Assembly (NCBI GenBank): GCA_001179505.1
Contig: CDMY01000466.1
Span: forward strand, 62,001-126,000
DNA from: Vitrella brassicaformis CCMP3155
Taxonomy: Eukaryota > Protista > Chromerida
Direction: 5' to 3'
Length of the DNA: 64,000 nucleotides
Positions 48,179 through 60,322 of this stretch are shown piece by piece (the stretch's first letter is position 1; every line of letters starts with the position of its first letter). The notes below the pieces were generated by a model. That model worked only from the letters and a program-made list of their open reading frames with translations, made no database searches and was not told where the DNA came from. The position numbers and the translations under genes were made by a program.

Positions 48179-51100
48179 GTGCAGCTGCTGTTGGTACATG
48201 TAGTAGTCAGTATGTGTGTCTGTCTTGTCTTGTCTTGTCTTGTCATGTCAGCTGTCGCTGTGTACTTACTTGTGCCATGAGGCTCTCGGGTAGCCTCTCG
48301 GTGAGGAAGTGGCCTAGTGGCGAGTCGCGCGGGACGTCCTTGGTGAGTTCGGACATGGCGGCCGTCCACCCCTTCCAGCGCATAACGGACTCGCTTCTTG
48401 CTCCCCTGCAGATACCAGTGGTACGCTGCACACACACACACACACAGACGCCACCCACAAGCAAAGGCGACCACAATTGTTCACACGATTGGTTATGTGC
48501 GGGTGCGTACTTCGGATGACGGTCGCGGTAGCTGGTCTGGATCGAAGGTCGGGCGGGATGGGGTCGATGAGGGCCCCCATGTGCATGTAACTCATCAGAC
48601 GGCCGGGGGAAGCAGAACCAAACAACGCGTCACGCCACAAGGGGGTCTGACGCATCACACACACACACACACACACACGTTCATGGTCGTGTGTATTGGG
48701 GTGCGTGCGCATCTGCCTCCCTCCCCCCGCCCCACCAACTTAGCTTACCCGTGGAATGTGCGAGTTGACGGGCCAGAAGGTCTTCATCAAACACATGTTG
48801 ACCAGCACGCCCAGCAACCTGACATACATCCAAACAAACAAACAAACCAACAAACAAACAAATGCGACACCACCACATTCCAGTCAATCAAGACATGCTA
48901 TACCTTCTGGTGCACCCACCGATTTCGATCCCCAGACGCCACCGCATCGCTCACAGCCCTACACTGCTCGGCTGACACGCTGATGGTCGGTGGGGGTGTG
49001 CTGCCGGGCCCACCACGGCGCACCCCACCGGTCGGGATGCCCGGCGGCCTGTAGAGGCCCAAGAGGCTCTGCGGGCGGCCATCGTGGCGGCGGATGTCGT
49101 GTATGTCGGCCCCGTGGGACACGAGCACACTCAGCAGGTGCGCCGGCTCGAATGCAAGTGGGCGAGTGGCGATGAGATTGTAGAGCATGACGAGGGTGGT
49201 CTCGCCGGCGTGGTTGCGGGCGGAGGGGTCGACGCCCTGCGAGAGAAGGAAGCCCACGACGTCCTCACGACTCGCTGCACACAAGCCAAGACAAGACAAA
49301 TGAACGGGGGCAATGCGTCGTCATGGCATCTCTGCACGTGTTTGACGGCTGACCTACCTGATCCCTGGCGGATGCTACACACACACACACACACACCCGG
49401 GGACACACATACAGAGTGGGCACGGGTGCAGCTTCTCTCGTGAGTGCACGTGTTGCTCTCCTCCCCCACCCCCCCTCGCCCCGCCCCGCCCCGCCCCGCC
49501 CCACCTTCGATGCAGCAGCGTGTTGCCCTTGGTGTCCCGGATGTTGGCGTCCATCCCGTTGGCGAAGAGCTTGCGCAGGAGCGGCTTGTCGTGGAGCCAC
49601 CGGTGCATCCAGTCGCTGCCCACGATCTCGTTCCAGCCGAGGAAGACGGGCGGGTCCACGAAATGAACATTGGCGGGGTCAGCGCGGTTGCGGGTGAAGC
49701 CCTGCACAGCACACAGACACAGATGCACATAGACACACATGGGTGTGTTTGTGTGTGCGAGTTGGTGTTTCGATGTCGTCAATATTTACCTACCTGTGGG
49801 GCGCCTCCTCGTTTGAAGAGCGCCTCGAGGACCAGGTCGAAGGCCGCACTGCACGTGGCCGACCCGCACCCGCCACACTCCTAACACACACATGCAAACA
49901 TACAGACATAGCCTGACGTGCCGCACAGAGAGAGGCAGTGAGAGACAGACACTGACCGACCCTGGCTTTCTTGATGAATCGATGCAGCGGCAGATGGCCC
50001 TCGAGGTTGGCCATGCTCGCCACTTTCTCCGGCACCCTCGGCGCGTCGGGGTAGTGTCTGCCCTCCTTGAGCAGCAGCAGTGAGCCGTCGGGCTGGCGGT
50101 GGATACGGAGGATGGTCAGGATGGCGTCCACGGCGGGGTTGTAGGACCCATCGGGCTTGACGATGGGCCGCGTGAAGTCCTGGAGTGACATTTTGTTGAT
50201 GACCGTGTGGAGGATGGTGTCGCCGTTGGGGCGGATGTCTGAACACATGCACACACACGAATCAGACCACACGCATAGGTGGATGTGCTGGTCTGCCTGT
50301 GGACCTGATCAATCTACCTGTGAGGTCAGCATCGGGGACCTTGATGAGCTGTCGCACCAGCGGCATCGGCAACTCCTGGCGAAGCGAGAACCGCCCCACA
50401 AGCGCACCACCGTCGAGCAGCTTCTCGACGCACTCGTCAATCAGGGCCCTCTCAGCCTTTGCGTTGCAGAGAATGGAGAGCGGCGAGCTGTCGTCATCGG
50501 TGAGGTTGATGTTCGCCAGAGGGATGAGCGTGTCGACGAGCGCCAGGTACTCGGGGCGACCGACCATCGTGACCTTGAAAATGTGCTGGCATGCGTCTCT
50601 GAGGATGGTGATGAGCTCAGGCTGAGGAATGAGGCCGTGCAGCACCAGCTGGTTGACCCGGGACCAATCGCCTGACAGCGGGGGGTGGCGGGGGGGAAGG
50701 GGTCAGGTACAAATTGGCGATGGGGGTCCTGGTCTGTCGGGTGCTTCTGGTTGTGTTGGTACCTTTGTAGAGGAGGAAGCGAATGGCAGACGCCATCCGG
50801 TCGGCGAAGAACTGCACACATTAGATAAAGAGAGAGAGAGAGCGAACACACACACAGACACACAGACAGACACACACACACATGCATCCAGCCAGTCATC
50901 CATTTTCACGACCGTCGATGCACCCTCCCTCCCTCTCACCCATGCCCGACGTGCTTACTTGTCTAATATCTTTTTCCTTGACGGTGCTCCTGGACATGAT
51001 CATCTTGGCCACGGCAGGGCTGGGGTTGATCATGCTCCTGATCTGCCTCCGCACCTCCTCGTCGTTGAGGTCGCCTCCGGTCAGCAGGGCCTCGAGGCCC

Positions 51101-51222
51101 ATCCTCAATGAGTCGCCCATGGCCTCTCGCTGCGTGAGGACGTCCTCGAGGCTCTTTCCCACGGCTTTCCACCCGTCCACCGGCCTGCTGCCGTCCGCTT
51201 CCGTGATACGGTTCACCGACCT
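47254..51222 (-). CDS. Ankyrin-repeat protein, multi-exon; 5' end unresolved
   Basis: Ankyrin motifs NGDTILHTV, EGHLPLHRF, GMDANIRDTKGNTLLH and GVDPSARNHAGETTL. Exons continue to ...SAGGVDE* at 47254. I could not place a phase-compatible first exon upstream of 51222. Confidence 0.7.
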
Positions 51223-51580
51223 AAAGAGAGAAGAAAGGTGCGCAAGTGGATGGATGGATGGATGGAGTGTGTGGGTGGTGGGTGAGGTTGGGCGAGAGCT
51301 AGGTGTATCCACCAGCCGCGGGGGATGACATGATGCCTGCCTGTTTGTGCGCCGCACCCACCTGGTGGTCTAGATCAGCACTCTTGCTGACGACGCAACA
51401 GCAACGTCTCGAACGAACGGGTGCTGAGATGACGCACCGGAGAGCACACGATGAGCAGTTTCGCGATGAGGTTGTCTTGTCTGCCCTGTGGTGTGTTTGT
51501 ACCTCTTGTCAACTCAATGAGATCGGAGAGCGTCGCAGCGCTGTGGCTGCCAATCTACGTCAACGACAGGTCTGAAACAC

Positions 51581-51675
51581 GTTGACGCGGTTGCCGGGGG
51601 GGCAGAGGATGCTGTCTGCGTCGGGCACAGTGAAGCAGAGAGGCAATAGCAGAGAGGCGAACCGATGAGATAACT
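51581..51675 (-). pseudogene. PWP2: Degenerate 5' fragment of PWP2
   Basis: Matches PWP2 40974-41087 (FT VPDADS(I/L)LCP.GNRVN). The ATG has become AG, about 20 nt is deleted internally and there is a 1-nt deletion in the CPTG codons. Confidence 0.85.
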
Positions 51676-52044
51676 GACGACGATGGCCGAAGGCGATGGA
51701 TGAACTCACAGATCTGACGGCTGGCGCTAGAGAAGGAGATCTCCAGAAGGGTGGCCAAGAAGCAACTGAAGCGATGGTTGGAGATGGCGATCGGCATTCA
51801 AGCTCGCAGTTCTAGCAAGGGAAGGGTCGGATCAAGGGTGAGAGATGAAAAAAAGCAAAGAACGATCCATCAAGAACCGCCATCTGTGCCCGCTGGTTGG
51901 TTGTGCTGTTCATTGTAGGTGCTGGTCTATTGATCCTCTCGAGGCTCTCGTCCATTTGGCGTCGGCCGCCCATGTGGCACTGGGTGTTGTCGAGCCAGCC
52001 TCCTGAAGGCATAGATCAGGGCTGATCTAACGCCCAGCCTCTGC

Positions 52045-55000
52045 ATGGGCTCCTCTCGTCCCTCCGACCTCGATGCAGCCATCGCAACGCTCTCGTCGCC
52101 AGAGGAGCTGCAAGAGGATGCCCTCGACAGCAGCCTCAAGGTGGTGGCCAACCATGCCGAGGACACTGTGGCGAGCGGCCTAGGAGGGTGTGAGGCCCTG
52201 GGGAAGAAGCTGCGCAACCAGCATTTGCTGAGGCGGGTCTATCACACATTCCTCGATGGCGGCAACACGGCCCGCCAGCTGCTGGCGGCATACGCCCTGT
52301 GGTTCCTGTTTCTACCCCAGTGGAAGGCTGGTCGGCCTTGGGACATTGCCGGCTATCTCATCCCCATCTCTGGATCGCCGCGGACGTTCATCAGCATGCT
52401 GGCTCCCGTGCTGACTCAGACCTCCGCTGTCCTGGTGGAAATGATCGCATTCACCCTGCTGGCGGGCGCCATGGACCTGGGCCGACGAGAGGGCAACGCG
52501 GTCGACACACGGGACTATCTGGTGGAGCACCATCCAGACATCCTTGACAAGGCCCAATCGAGTGTGACCAAGATAGCAGAGTCACACTGCCCAAGCGATC
52601 GTCCTTGTGGCAGGGCGGCGCTGGCCTTCATCAGGACGGCATTCGATACGGCGCCCGCAGACGGTCCGCCCTTCCCACCCACAGTCATGCCCATCGCGTG
52701 TTGGGTGGGGGTGTTTCGCGTGTTTGTGGAGTGCCTCACAAGTCGGGAGGCGGAAACGCGAGACAAGATGTGAGTGGCTTGCAGTAGACGGAGGGAAGCA
52801 GGCTTGCCGTGTCACTCATTCATTCATTCATTGACTGCATTGCTGTCGTTGTTTCTGCACTTGGTCATCTGTCTGTCTGTCTGTCTTCAGGCGCGATGTG
52901 CAGGGTGTCATCACGTTGCTCTGCTCCAACATGCAATACGTGACCACAAACGGTACGCAGCCGATCTACACGAAGGAGTGAAACTGATCCGCCACTGGCT
53001 GGCCGTCGTGTGCCTTCCTTCAGGGTCGGATGATGAGCGTGCTGCGTATCTGGCTGCAATGCGACAAGACATATTCCCGTTCGTCGACACGTGTTGCGGC
53101 CTGCTGGCCTCCCCTGACGCAGAGCGGGCCGTGCGCGACGGCGCCGCCCGTTGTGTGGGGGACATCTTCTTCTTCTGCGACGCGTTTGCACAGCGCATAG
53201 GTCGGCACATATAGGACATGCAATGGCTGGTGGGCTCTTCGCCCGTGGCCTCTTCGCCCCCCGCCACACGACCACACACACACCTATATGTGACTGTGCC
53301 AACTTGTCTGTGGGTGGAGGTTCAGGTTTTGACTGGCTGGCATCTGGTGATCAGTCGCCTGTGCAGCGACTCATGAGAGCGCCAGGGGCTTTGAAAGCCT
53401 TCGTGACGATCATGAAGGACTCCGTCATTGACCCCACGTGGTGTGACCTAACCGTCCTGCACACACTGGCCGGTAGGTGGTGGTGGGCGGGTCAATGAAT
53501 GCATGGCGGGCCACACCGAATCTATCTGCCGCATGACTGCCTGCAGGGTGTGGCTACCGTGACGAGCTGTACGGTAGCGGGTGCATCTCGCTGGTGTCCG
53601 AGCTCGCCAGGGCCTCTCTTGCAGGAAACAAGGCGGCCATCCTCCTCTACATCAAGCAACTCCCAGTGGTCGTCGGGGGCCCCGCAGAGCTCGTCGACGC
53701 TCGCGCAAAGGTCAGGCAAGGAGGGATGGAGGGAGGGAGCCGTGAAAGAGGGAGACGTGTCAAATACCATGTGGGTGTGGTGTGGGCTGTGTCGTGTTTG
53801 TGCTGTGGTGTGCAGATAGCTGTGCGTGAGGGTCTCCCCGTAGCCCTGTGTCAGTTGTGCCAGCATGTCTTGGTCCTCTCGTCCAAGGACACAAACAAAC
53901 AGGCAGGACAGCGGGGGCTGGGGTGGGTGGATGCCTGTACGTATGTTCATGACGACGAACGACCCCTGTGTGCTGTGCTGTGTGTGCGTTGTATTCCATT
54001 AGGAGACTGACTCGGAGTCGGAGAGGGCACTGCGCCACTTCCTTCCAGTAGACATCAAGCTCCAGTTCGACCTGGCATGCATCAACCAGCCCCAGGTGGA
54101 TAGCTTCATAGACTTCGTCGTCGAGACCCTCCGCGCACTCGTCAGGTACGCATACGCGTACCTGCCTATCACACCACACCAGTGTCTCCATCTGACCCTC
54201 TGTCCATCCACGCAGCTATGACGACCGAGTGAGCAGCAAGAGGGGCGGCGTCTTCCGTCCCAATGTCGTCACCCGGGCCGTCCTGCAGCACGACTCAGTC
54301 AAGACGATGCGCGCAGCCGACCAGCAGCCGAAAGGACGACGAAAGGCAAACCGTCAGCAGCAGCAGCAGCAGCAACCGACAGTGCCACAGAAGGTGATGC
54401 GACACACGGAGGCGGCCATACGGGGCATCATCGTGTGTTGGAATGTGTTGTGTGTCAGTTGTTGGACTTATTTGACGACATAGAGGAGGCGGCCAACGAG
54501 CGGGCCGATGCACTGGCTGAGCAGGTGACAGCCGAGCTGGCCGAAGACGACACGCAGGATGGCGGCAAGCACGCCAAGACCTCCAAGGGCGCCAAGAAGT
54601 CTAAGGGCAAGAGGGGCGGCAAGGGGGACAACAGCACCAAGACGACCGGCACCAAAACAGGGGCGGCACCATCATCCAGGTGACTGAGAATAAATCAATT
54701 GGGTCCTCACTTCACTCAGCTGATGAGTGGTGCGTCTGTTTCTTGACAGTGCTGCCGCCATTGGCACATCCGACGAACACAGCGAGCAGCAGCAGCAGCA
54801 GCAGCAGGACACAGAAGACCATCATTTGCACCTTCCAGGTCCCCCCAGCCCGTCGCCCTCCTCCCCTCCCCGACCCTCATGCTCATACTCATCATCGTCC
54901 GCATCGGCTGCTGGCGGAACCTCTGTGTCGGTGGGTGGCGGCAGGGGGCAGCAGCAAGGGGCGGGTGGTGGTTGCGATGATGGCGGCGGCTTCATCACCG

Positions 55001-56005
55001 TCGGCCGCAAGAAGAGGGGCGGCAAAAGCGGCCACACACAGCAGCAGCAGACCAACAAGGCTGACAAACGAGATGACAAGTGAGACCCACTGCAGCAAAG
55101 CACTCCACCACACTGAGCACTGACATCTCCGGTGTGTCTGTGTGTCATCAGCTCGAGAGTCTTCCCGTCTTCGTCTTCGTCCGAGTCGACGCGGCCCTCC
55201 TCATCGCACCCGTCTGTGTATGGCGGACCCCACAACGCGCCGCCCCTGCCCGTCCCTCTGCCGCCCCGCCCGGCCGTCCCGCCCCCACAGCCTCCCAACC
55301 GACACACACCTACACCAGCACCATCCAGTAGCCGTGGTGGCTCTGACGAGCAGGGCCTTGCCCCATTGGCAGCTGGGGGCAGTAGCAGTAGCACTTTGGA
55401 GAGGGCGGGGGAGTTGGAGGGCCGCAGTGGTCAGGACAGGTACGTTTTGACGGACAGAGCAGCCGAGGAAGGGGGACGGGCAGACAGACACCAGCCACTG
55501 TGCCTGCGTGTGTGGTTGGCTGCAGGTGTGGTGGTGAGGTAAGTGAGTTGGATGTTCTGCGGAAGCAGCTCGAGGCCATGCGGCTGGAGAGGGAGGCCAT
55601 GCGGCTGGAGAAGGAGGCCATAGAAAGGGAGAACAAGAGGTACGTGAGGCGACCCCACACACCTGCAGTGCAGTGGTTGCATGCCCCTCTTTCGTGAGTG
55701 TCTGATGGGTGGTTTGCTGCACACAGGCTGGAGGAGGAGCGCGAGAGCACCGAGTGTGACATCTGCATGGCCTCAAAGAAGTCCATCGTACTCATCCCCT
55801 GTGTAAGCCGACTCACAGGCACAACGACTCACCTGTCCCTCTCAGCTATGTGCTGCCCACGTGTGTGTGTGTGTGTGTGTGTGTGCAGCGTCACTTTTGT
55901 CTGTGCGGTGGTTGTGCTGCGGCCTTGATGTCTAAGCCAGTGGCCCAGCGGCTGTGCCCCCGGTGCCGACAGGCCATCACGGCCACAAGACATGTCTACC
56001 TGTGA
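52045..56005 (+). CDS. RING-finger (C3HC4) E3 ligase, paralog B
   Basis: Same architecture as paralog A. The RING reads ECDICMASKKSIVLIPC|RHFCLCGGCAAALMSKPVAQRLCPRCRQAITATRHVYL*, and there is an extra 21-nt tandem duplication (MRLEREA MRLEKEA) in the coiled coil. Confidence 0.85.
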
Positions 56006-56197
56006 GTATACGAGTAGCGAGTGTTGGTGCCCGGCGCTTAGCTCTGCCATGTGAGACTGCGTGTGCGTGGCCTGTGTTGTGATAGCATTCATGTCGATAA
56101 CGGACGATATATTAGATATCAACGCTGGCCGGATCTTAGCCAAAGGCTGCCTGTCCAAAGGTCTCTCCCTTCTCTCCCCAACCCTTTTGACGAGACG

Positions 56198-56759
56198 ATG
56201 AGCCCAACGAGCTTTTGGCCCCTTTGGATGTTCATTCCTCTGCTCCTCTGGCAGCAAGGAGGCGAGCCCCCTGTCGTCGTTGCCATCATGAACGCCCCCG
56301 AGAAGACAGAAAGGCAAGGCAGTGCACTCTCGCCCCCCTTACCGTCCCCTGCCACGAGAGGCTCAGCCCCGCGACAAGGCGTGATGACACAAATACTCGA
56401 GAACACCACTGTGTCGTCAACAGCCGCCGCCAACGTCAGTATGGTTGCCCATGAGGCCAAGGGCATGACGTCGGCCAACGCCAGCGACGACAGCAGGCCC
56501 GAAGTCACAGTGTGGATGCAGTGGAAAACACCCAAGAGTGAGACAGACAGTGGATGAAGCATGGCAATTGATTGCACTCATTGCATGTGTGTGTGTTCCC
56601 GTGTGTGCAGGCCATCGGGTGTCTTCTGCTCATGGCGAAGGGCACAGGGCTCCTTACCACTGCAACACGACGGTGCAGGAGTGTTCGGTGGACAAAGACT
56701 GCTGTTCTCGTGTGTGTGTTGACAGCGGTGGCCCAGACATGAGGGGCTTCTGCAACTAA
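56198..56759 (+). CDS. Secreted prepropeptide (162 aa) with a C-terminal inhibitor-cystine-knot (knottin)-like domain
   Basis: Exons 56198-56537 and 56611-56759 join in phase 1. The leader is hydrophobic (MSPTSFWPLWMFIPLLLWQQ) and the C-terminus is CNTTVQECSVDKDCCSRVCVDSGGPDMRGFCN* (C-x6-C-x5-CC-x3-C-x11-C). Confidence 0.75.
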
Positions 56760-57149
56760 CTGACCAATGCCGAGCTATGTACAAGAGTATCAGATCCCTT
56801 TGCTTTGGTAGAGTCTATCCACACTCTCTAACACGCAGCATGCACGCGAAGCCCCCTCCCTCGGTCAGCAAGCCGTCAGCTACTGTCCGTGTCTCTCTGG
56901 TTGCCTGGCTGTGTCTCCTCTGGCCCTTCTCGCCCGTCACGCTGCTTTCTGGCGAATTGCGATGAGAGGAAACGCTCCATCCAGAAGGGGGACAGGATTG
57001 GCGACGCCCTATCCCCCTCCTGCTGGCACGCCCAGCAGGTGACGCTGAGTATTTCGACTACATTGTGGTACGATGCGAAGCCGCTCACGCACAGCAGTTG
57101 GTTTGATGTAATGACAAGGACCATGGTGTTGTTGTGTCCCAACAGGTGG

Positions 57150-60100
57150 TCATCGTGTGTGGATGGATTCATCGTCACTATCATATATCTTGGTCTCATG
57201 GACATATGATGGTAGAATCGGCTGCATGTCATATATTCTGAAGTCGTATATCGCGAAGCTGCCGGAATGTCTCTCACAGAACATCCTCCTTGCCTTTCTC
57301 GAATAGCATCTGAGGACACGCACACAAATCACCCATTGCGCGACCGAACACCCTTTGCATGCACTTACATTCAACTTCATTTGTGTCCGGTTCGCCATGA
57401 TGGTCTCCAGCTGATCCTGGACGAACCCCCATAACTGCGACAAGGGAGTCATTCCCACATTGTTGCAATGACCGCGTTGGCGTACCTTTGTCTTCCACTT
57501 CTCTGCTTTTGACCGACTAACACGGCCACTAGCGGGCACCTCCAAAAGTCCCCGGGCTTTCTTCTCTTCTCTAACGCTAAGCGCGATCATGCCCATCCTC
57601 CACTGACAAGACAAGCACATAGATTGTCCTCCCACATAGCACCTTCCTGCCCGTAGTACCTCTTCCTTCCACAATTCCGCCTGCAGACACATCACCGCAT
57701 GCCAGAACACAGCGATACCGTGTGGCTCGAGGTCGACAGCCAAGGTGAGCGCGATTTCGAGCCCATGGATGTCGCAGTCACCGAAGTGGAAGACCTGTAC
57801 ACGAAGCAGGACACACACACCGAATGGGTCTCGTTTGCGTGTGTGTCCCGTTATGTGTGTCACTGTGTATCGTGTTAGGTGTATCTCGCTCACCGCTACT
57901 CGTACTTCTTTGGATATGGCTGTGAGTAACAAGCGAACAGCGTCGCCCGGCATGCCCTTGGCTGAGTAAAGACGCCCATGGCGCAGGCAATCGCTCACTC
58001 CTTTTCTTCATCTATACTTGCGATGACTATGTCGAAGAGGCCCATCTGGTACACCTGGCCCCCCGCTGCCTCGGTCTCAGTAGTGGCGACCGTCACGCGC
58101 CGACCGTCCAGCCAGTTGCGCAGCCCCTCAGAAAAATGGCCCACCAGACCTATGTCACCTGGACATGCAAAAGATACGAGCGACACCTGGTTGGCCTCTC
58201 CGGTCGGTTACTGGCTCGTACCTGTGGACATCGCGTCGGTGAGCGGTGTGCCCTTGGGTTTGTCCGGCGTGACGAATCCCTCGGAGTCTTCTGCTTTGAT
58301 ATTGATGGCAGTGGACCAGATGAGGGCCCTGCTGGCTGAAGAGAGGCCTAACTGATGCGCCATGGCCCCGGTGAAGCGCCCGACACCTGGCACAGATACA
58401 CATCGCCACCACATGACCAGCATATGGATACTGACACGTCGGACACTTACCGTTCTTGAATGACTTCAGATCGCTCTCGAAGTTCCGGGAAGGGAATAGC
58501 CCCTTCATACGATACCCTAGCTGCCGACGATGTGCCGTCTCTTGAGACAACAACGCATCCACGATCGTCAGTTCTGCAGACAATACCCACAACGAAGTGG
58601 CGCTGCCCCGTCTATCATTTCGGTTTCTCACTCACGCGAAAAAGAGGATGTTTGTGTCCTTGTCAGTTGGTTCTCGACATTTCCAAAGGCTGAAGCCGCA
58701 GCTGCCGCAGCAGAAGGCGCGGCCTCGGCCTTGCCCGCCTGCACTCATTCAACGCGGATGGAGAGGGGGATGTGCCGGGTGTTCTGTTTGTGTGTGCACA
58801 GTGGATGCCTGACCTGCTGCGTGGGTTTGTGTGCTTTCTTGCGCTCCCCGTCTTCGTCGCCCTCATCACTATCCTGCATCCATCGCATGGCGGCCCATTC
58901 ACACACACATCGAGTCGTGCCGTCCCATCTCTCTCAACTCCTCTCTATATATCACTGTGTCTGACCTCCTCACTCTCATCATCGTCGTCATCGTAGTCTG
59001 AGTCGCCCTCGTCGTCATCGTCGTCGACCTCCTCGTCACCCAAGGCGGCCGCCTTGGCGAGATAGTTGTCAATGCCCCGCTGTCTCTGATCGCGTCCGTG
59101 AGCGGATGTGTCGAGATCCGCTGGCTCCTCCTTGACCGCACAAACCAGACGGACAATAATGGGCGACGTCAGTCCCATTCACGTCTGTGTACTTGTCTTC
59201 CCACTGACCTCGGTCTTCGTCTTCTTGCGGGGTCGCTGCTGCGGCCCCTCCGCACTGCTCCCCGTCCGACGGGACACAAAGCCATCCAGACACCGGCGCA
59301 CCCACGGCGACAGAGTAGAGGGATCCAGACCCACAGGATAGTCACCGATCGCCAAGAACGCGACGGCGACGGCGGGGATGAGGGCAAGACGCACACGCGC
59401 TTGATCACGCTCTGCAGATAAGCAAATGGATGCTCAATGTGGATGGATGCTCAGTGTGAGCAGACCCACAGACCTTCCGGCGTTCGCTTGCGCAGAAGAC
59501 CCTTGCCGTCGGGCAGGGCGTCCTTCAATCGGTCTCCCAGGTTAGACAGACCCTCGATCGTGTACACGGCCACCATCTCGTGCCACTCCCTCAGGAGGTC
59601 CTCACCCTCCTTATGGCTGAGCTCACTCGCCGCCGCCTCCACCTTGGGGGTCAACTCAGGCTGCAGGCACGACAGCGGACCTCGCGAATCTCTGTACATG
59701 AGAGCTTGAGGTGACCGCAGCGCGTACCAGTGCGTGTAGCGGGTATGTGTCGGCTGCGCGTGTCCCCCGGGGCATCGTGTAGACGAGCCGCACGACCCTC
59801 TTGACGAATAGGCCGCTCTCCTTATCCCACTTGTATGGGGCGGTCGCGGGTACTTCGGGATCTGCACCGTCACTGCGCGCACAGAGGAAGAGCATCTTTG
59901 CTCGTACGTCAGCATGATGTGTGTGCCTCACTTGAGATTGAGGATGCACCTCTTGAGATACGCTGGCACGTCCGGATACCCTTCAGCGAGGAGGCTGAGA
60001 TGTGCGGAGATCGGCGCGCACCTCCTCGGCAGCCAAAGCCAAGAGTCTCGAGAGCAAGTCAGGCAGGTAGCCAGATGCATCCGGCAACGACAGACACGTA

Positions 60101-60243
60101 GCAAAAGCGGAATTGTGGTCATGTGGCTCGTTCCCCGGCACCTCATCTGGTCGATTGGTTCGAGCTTGCTGAAGAGCGCCTACGAAGATCGCTCTGTGGT
60201 CCTTCTCAACCTCCAGCGTCTGCCACGACTCTTCGCTAGTCAT
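57150..60243 (-). CDS. SPO11-like: Highly divergent Spo11/topoisomerase VI-A-like protein with a long N-terminal extension and an acidic tract
   Basis: Phase-checked exons 58573-58451, 58386-58222, 58158-58018, 57961-57894 and 57794-> give: ETAHRRQLGYRMKGLF (catalytic Tyr position), VTVATTETEA (TOPRIM Glu), DIVIATKGMPGDAVRLLL, VFHFGDCDIHGLEIA (DxD) and IALSVREEKKARGLL. The stop is at 57150 or 57274, and the first exons are less certain. Confidence 0.82.
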
Positions 60244-60322
60244 TCTTGCTCTTCACGGCGAGCTTAGCGAGCTAGCCTCTGGATTTACGATTTGGCGCGA
60301 TTCATCTTTGCATTTCGCCAGC
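60244..60322. promoter_or_regulatory. Very short (79 bp ATG-to-ATG) divergent intergenic region between the Spo11-like and AP2 genes
   Basis: ATG at 60243 (-) and at 60323 (+; alternative 60422). Contains the tandem GCGAGCT(T)A GCGAGCTA at about 60258-60275. Confidence 0.45.

Larger units (their letters stand above)
51581..56007. repeat. Segmental duplication, copy B
   Basis: Paralogous to 40974-45071. The 3' exons and introns (55550-56005 versus 44630-45069) are nearly identical, while the 5' exons are more diverged. Confidence 0.85.

Noticed and set aside
49460-49503. (CCCCG)n run able to form a G-quadruplex on the minus strand
   Set aside because: It is a short intronic microsatellite typical of this genome, with no independent evidence of function.
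56876-57325. ORFs of 106-149 aa between the knottin and Spo11-like genes
   Set aside because: No recognisable motif. They are best explained as the 3' exon/UTR of the Spo11-like gene and its antisense.
57700-57961. Bacterial Wadjet JetD/DUF2399 nuclease or bacterial contamination
   Set aside because: The gene has many spliceosomal introns and a Spo11-like Tyr-bearing domain upstream, and there is no jetABC operon. The motif resemblance is noted in the finding instead.
57962-58017. Apparent stop/frameshift (IDEEKE*) suggesting the Spo11-like gene is a pseudogene
   Set aside because: A 56-nt GT-AG intron removes it and restores VIATKGMP in phase with both flanking exons.
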